From positions 91,204,001 through 91,268,000 of the forward strand of contig NC_086097.1 in the NCBI RefSeq assembly GCF_963921235.1: 64,000 nucleotides of DNA, in the 5' to 3' direction. The stretch comes from Mobula hypostoma (Eukaryota). The notes under the pieces were generated by a model. The model was not told the DNA's origin and searched no databases. It saw nothing but the letters and a program-made list of their open reading frames with translations. Made by a program: the position numbers and the translations under genes. Shown here piece after piece: positions 63,098-64,000 of the stretch (position 1 is its first letter; each line of letters starts with the position of its first letter).

Positions 63098-64000
63098 AGC
63101 CCCTGCAACATGAAAAGATCCAATTAAATTATTTTAAATAAGATTTTCTGAACTGGAAGATATAAATCCCATCCTTGATCACAGGAAGCATGTTATAATT
63201 CTTGAGCGGTTCCAGGAGAAATCAGTGAAGATGATATGAAGTACCAGGAATCCTAAAATGTCACAATGAAGGAATAAGCCATTTGTCCTATTGAGCCTTA
63301 CTGATCTTTCTCCAATTTGACCCAGTGTTCTGTTGCCACTCCCTCTGTTACAATAATCCTAACCCTCAGACAAATATCAAAACCTTAATGAATGAAATTT
63401 ATCAACTATTTCAACAGAGTTTTGTGCCTAGCAGTTTGAAAGCCCTCCTCTAGTTTGCAACATAACACCTGCACCCAACCTTTGCCCTTGTATCAAAGCT
63501 GCAACGTAGAGAGAACATGCAGATGCAATTTGCCAATATTCCTTCAATGGTCTCTCTTAAGCCCTTTCTAATTAGAAGAAGTAGATGGTTGGCTGGGTGT
63601 GCATAGAGTGCATCCCTGTCCCCTTCCTCTCTCCAGGTCACAGATACTGCAAGTCCCTTCTTGTAATCTCTGATATTTCTTCATCATGGTGTGTAAAGAT
63701 AGATGATTATTGGATTTCACTGGCCTCACCATTATCATTATGGAATCATAGTGCCTCTTCCCCAAAAGAGTCAATAACCTTAATGACCTCATTAAGGGAA
63801 ATATTGCTCTATTACCATAACGGCGAGGCTTGTGAAATTTGATGGCCATTTATTTTTAGGAATAAGCTGCCATTAACTTATTCTGCTGTTGTTTCAAGGC
63901 CAATTGCAGAATGCTACGTAATTATACTTGGTGATGGGGCTGTCATTGGAAACGTTTCATCTTGCTGCTTTTTATGTTGGGGACTACCTGAGGATAACTG

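Overview
This is eukaryotic, repeat-dominated DNA. I can support no host protein-coding exon, so it is probably a large intron or gene desert. The repeat mix (several CR1 LINE families, Rex1/Babar-type LINEs, L1, Neptune-type Penelope-like elements, Gypsy LTR remnants, Charlie-type hAT and Tc1/pogo remnants) suggests a cartilaginous fish; that is an inference. Nearly every ORF in the track is a transposon fragment or an antisense shadow. Main points: (1) the Penelope-like terminal repeat carries a minimal type I hammerhead ribozyme motif, seen at least 7 times, including a ~98-bp stand-alone insertion with a 12-bp target-site duplication (TSD) and a fold-back insertion with a hammerhead on each strand; (2) a near-perfect 1,936-bp inverted duplication (21428-23363 / 24200-26135) with a nested 87-bp inverted repeat and microhomology junctions; (3) a 70/57-bp minisatellite inside a Penelope ORF; (4) a Gypsy remnant with integrase upstream of RT (Gmr1-like); (5) two hAT copies sharing a captured CR1 3' end; (6) a young CR1 with an uninterrupted frame of about 934 codons. 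Family names come from motif recognition only, as no database search was run. Boundaries of old repeats are approximate.
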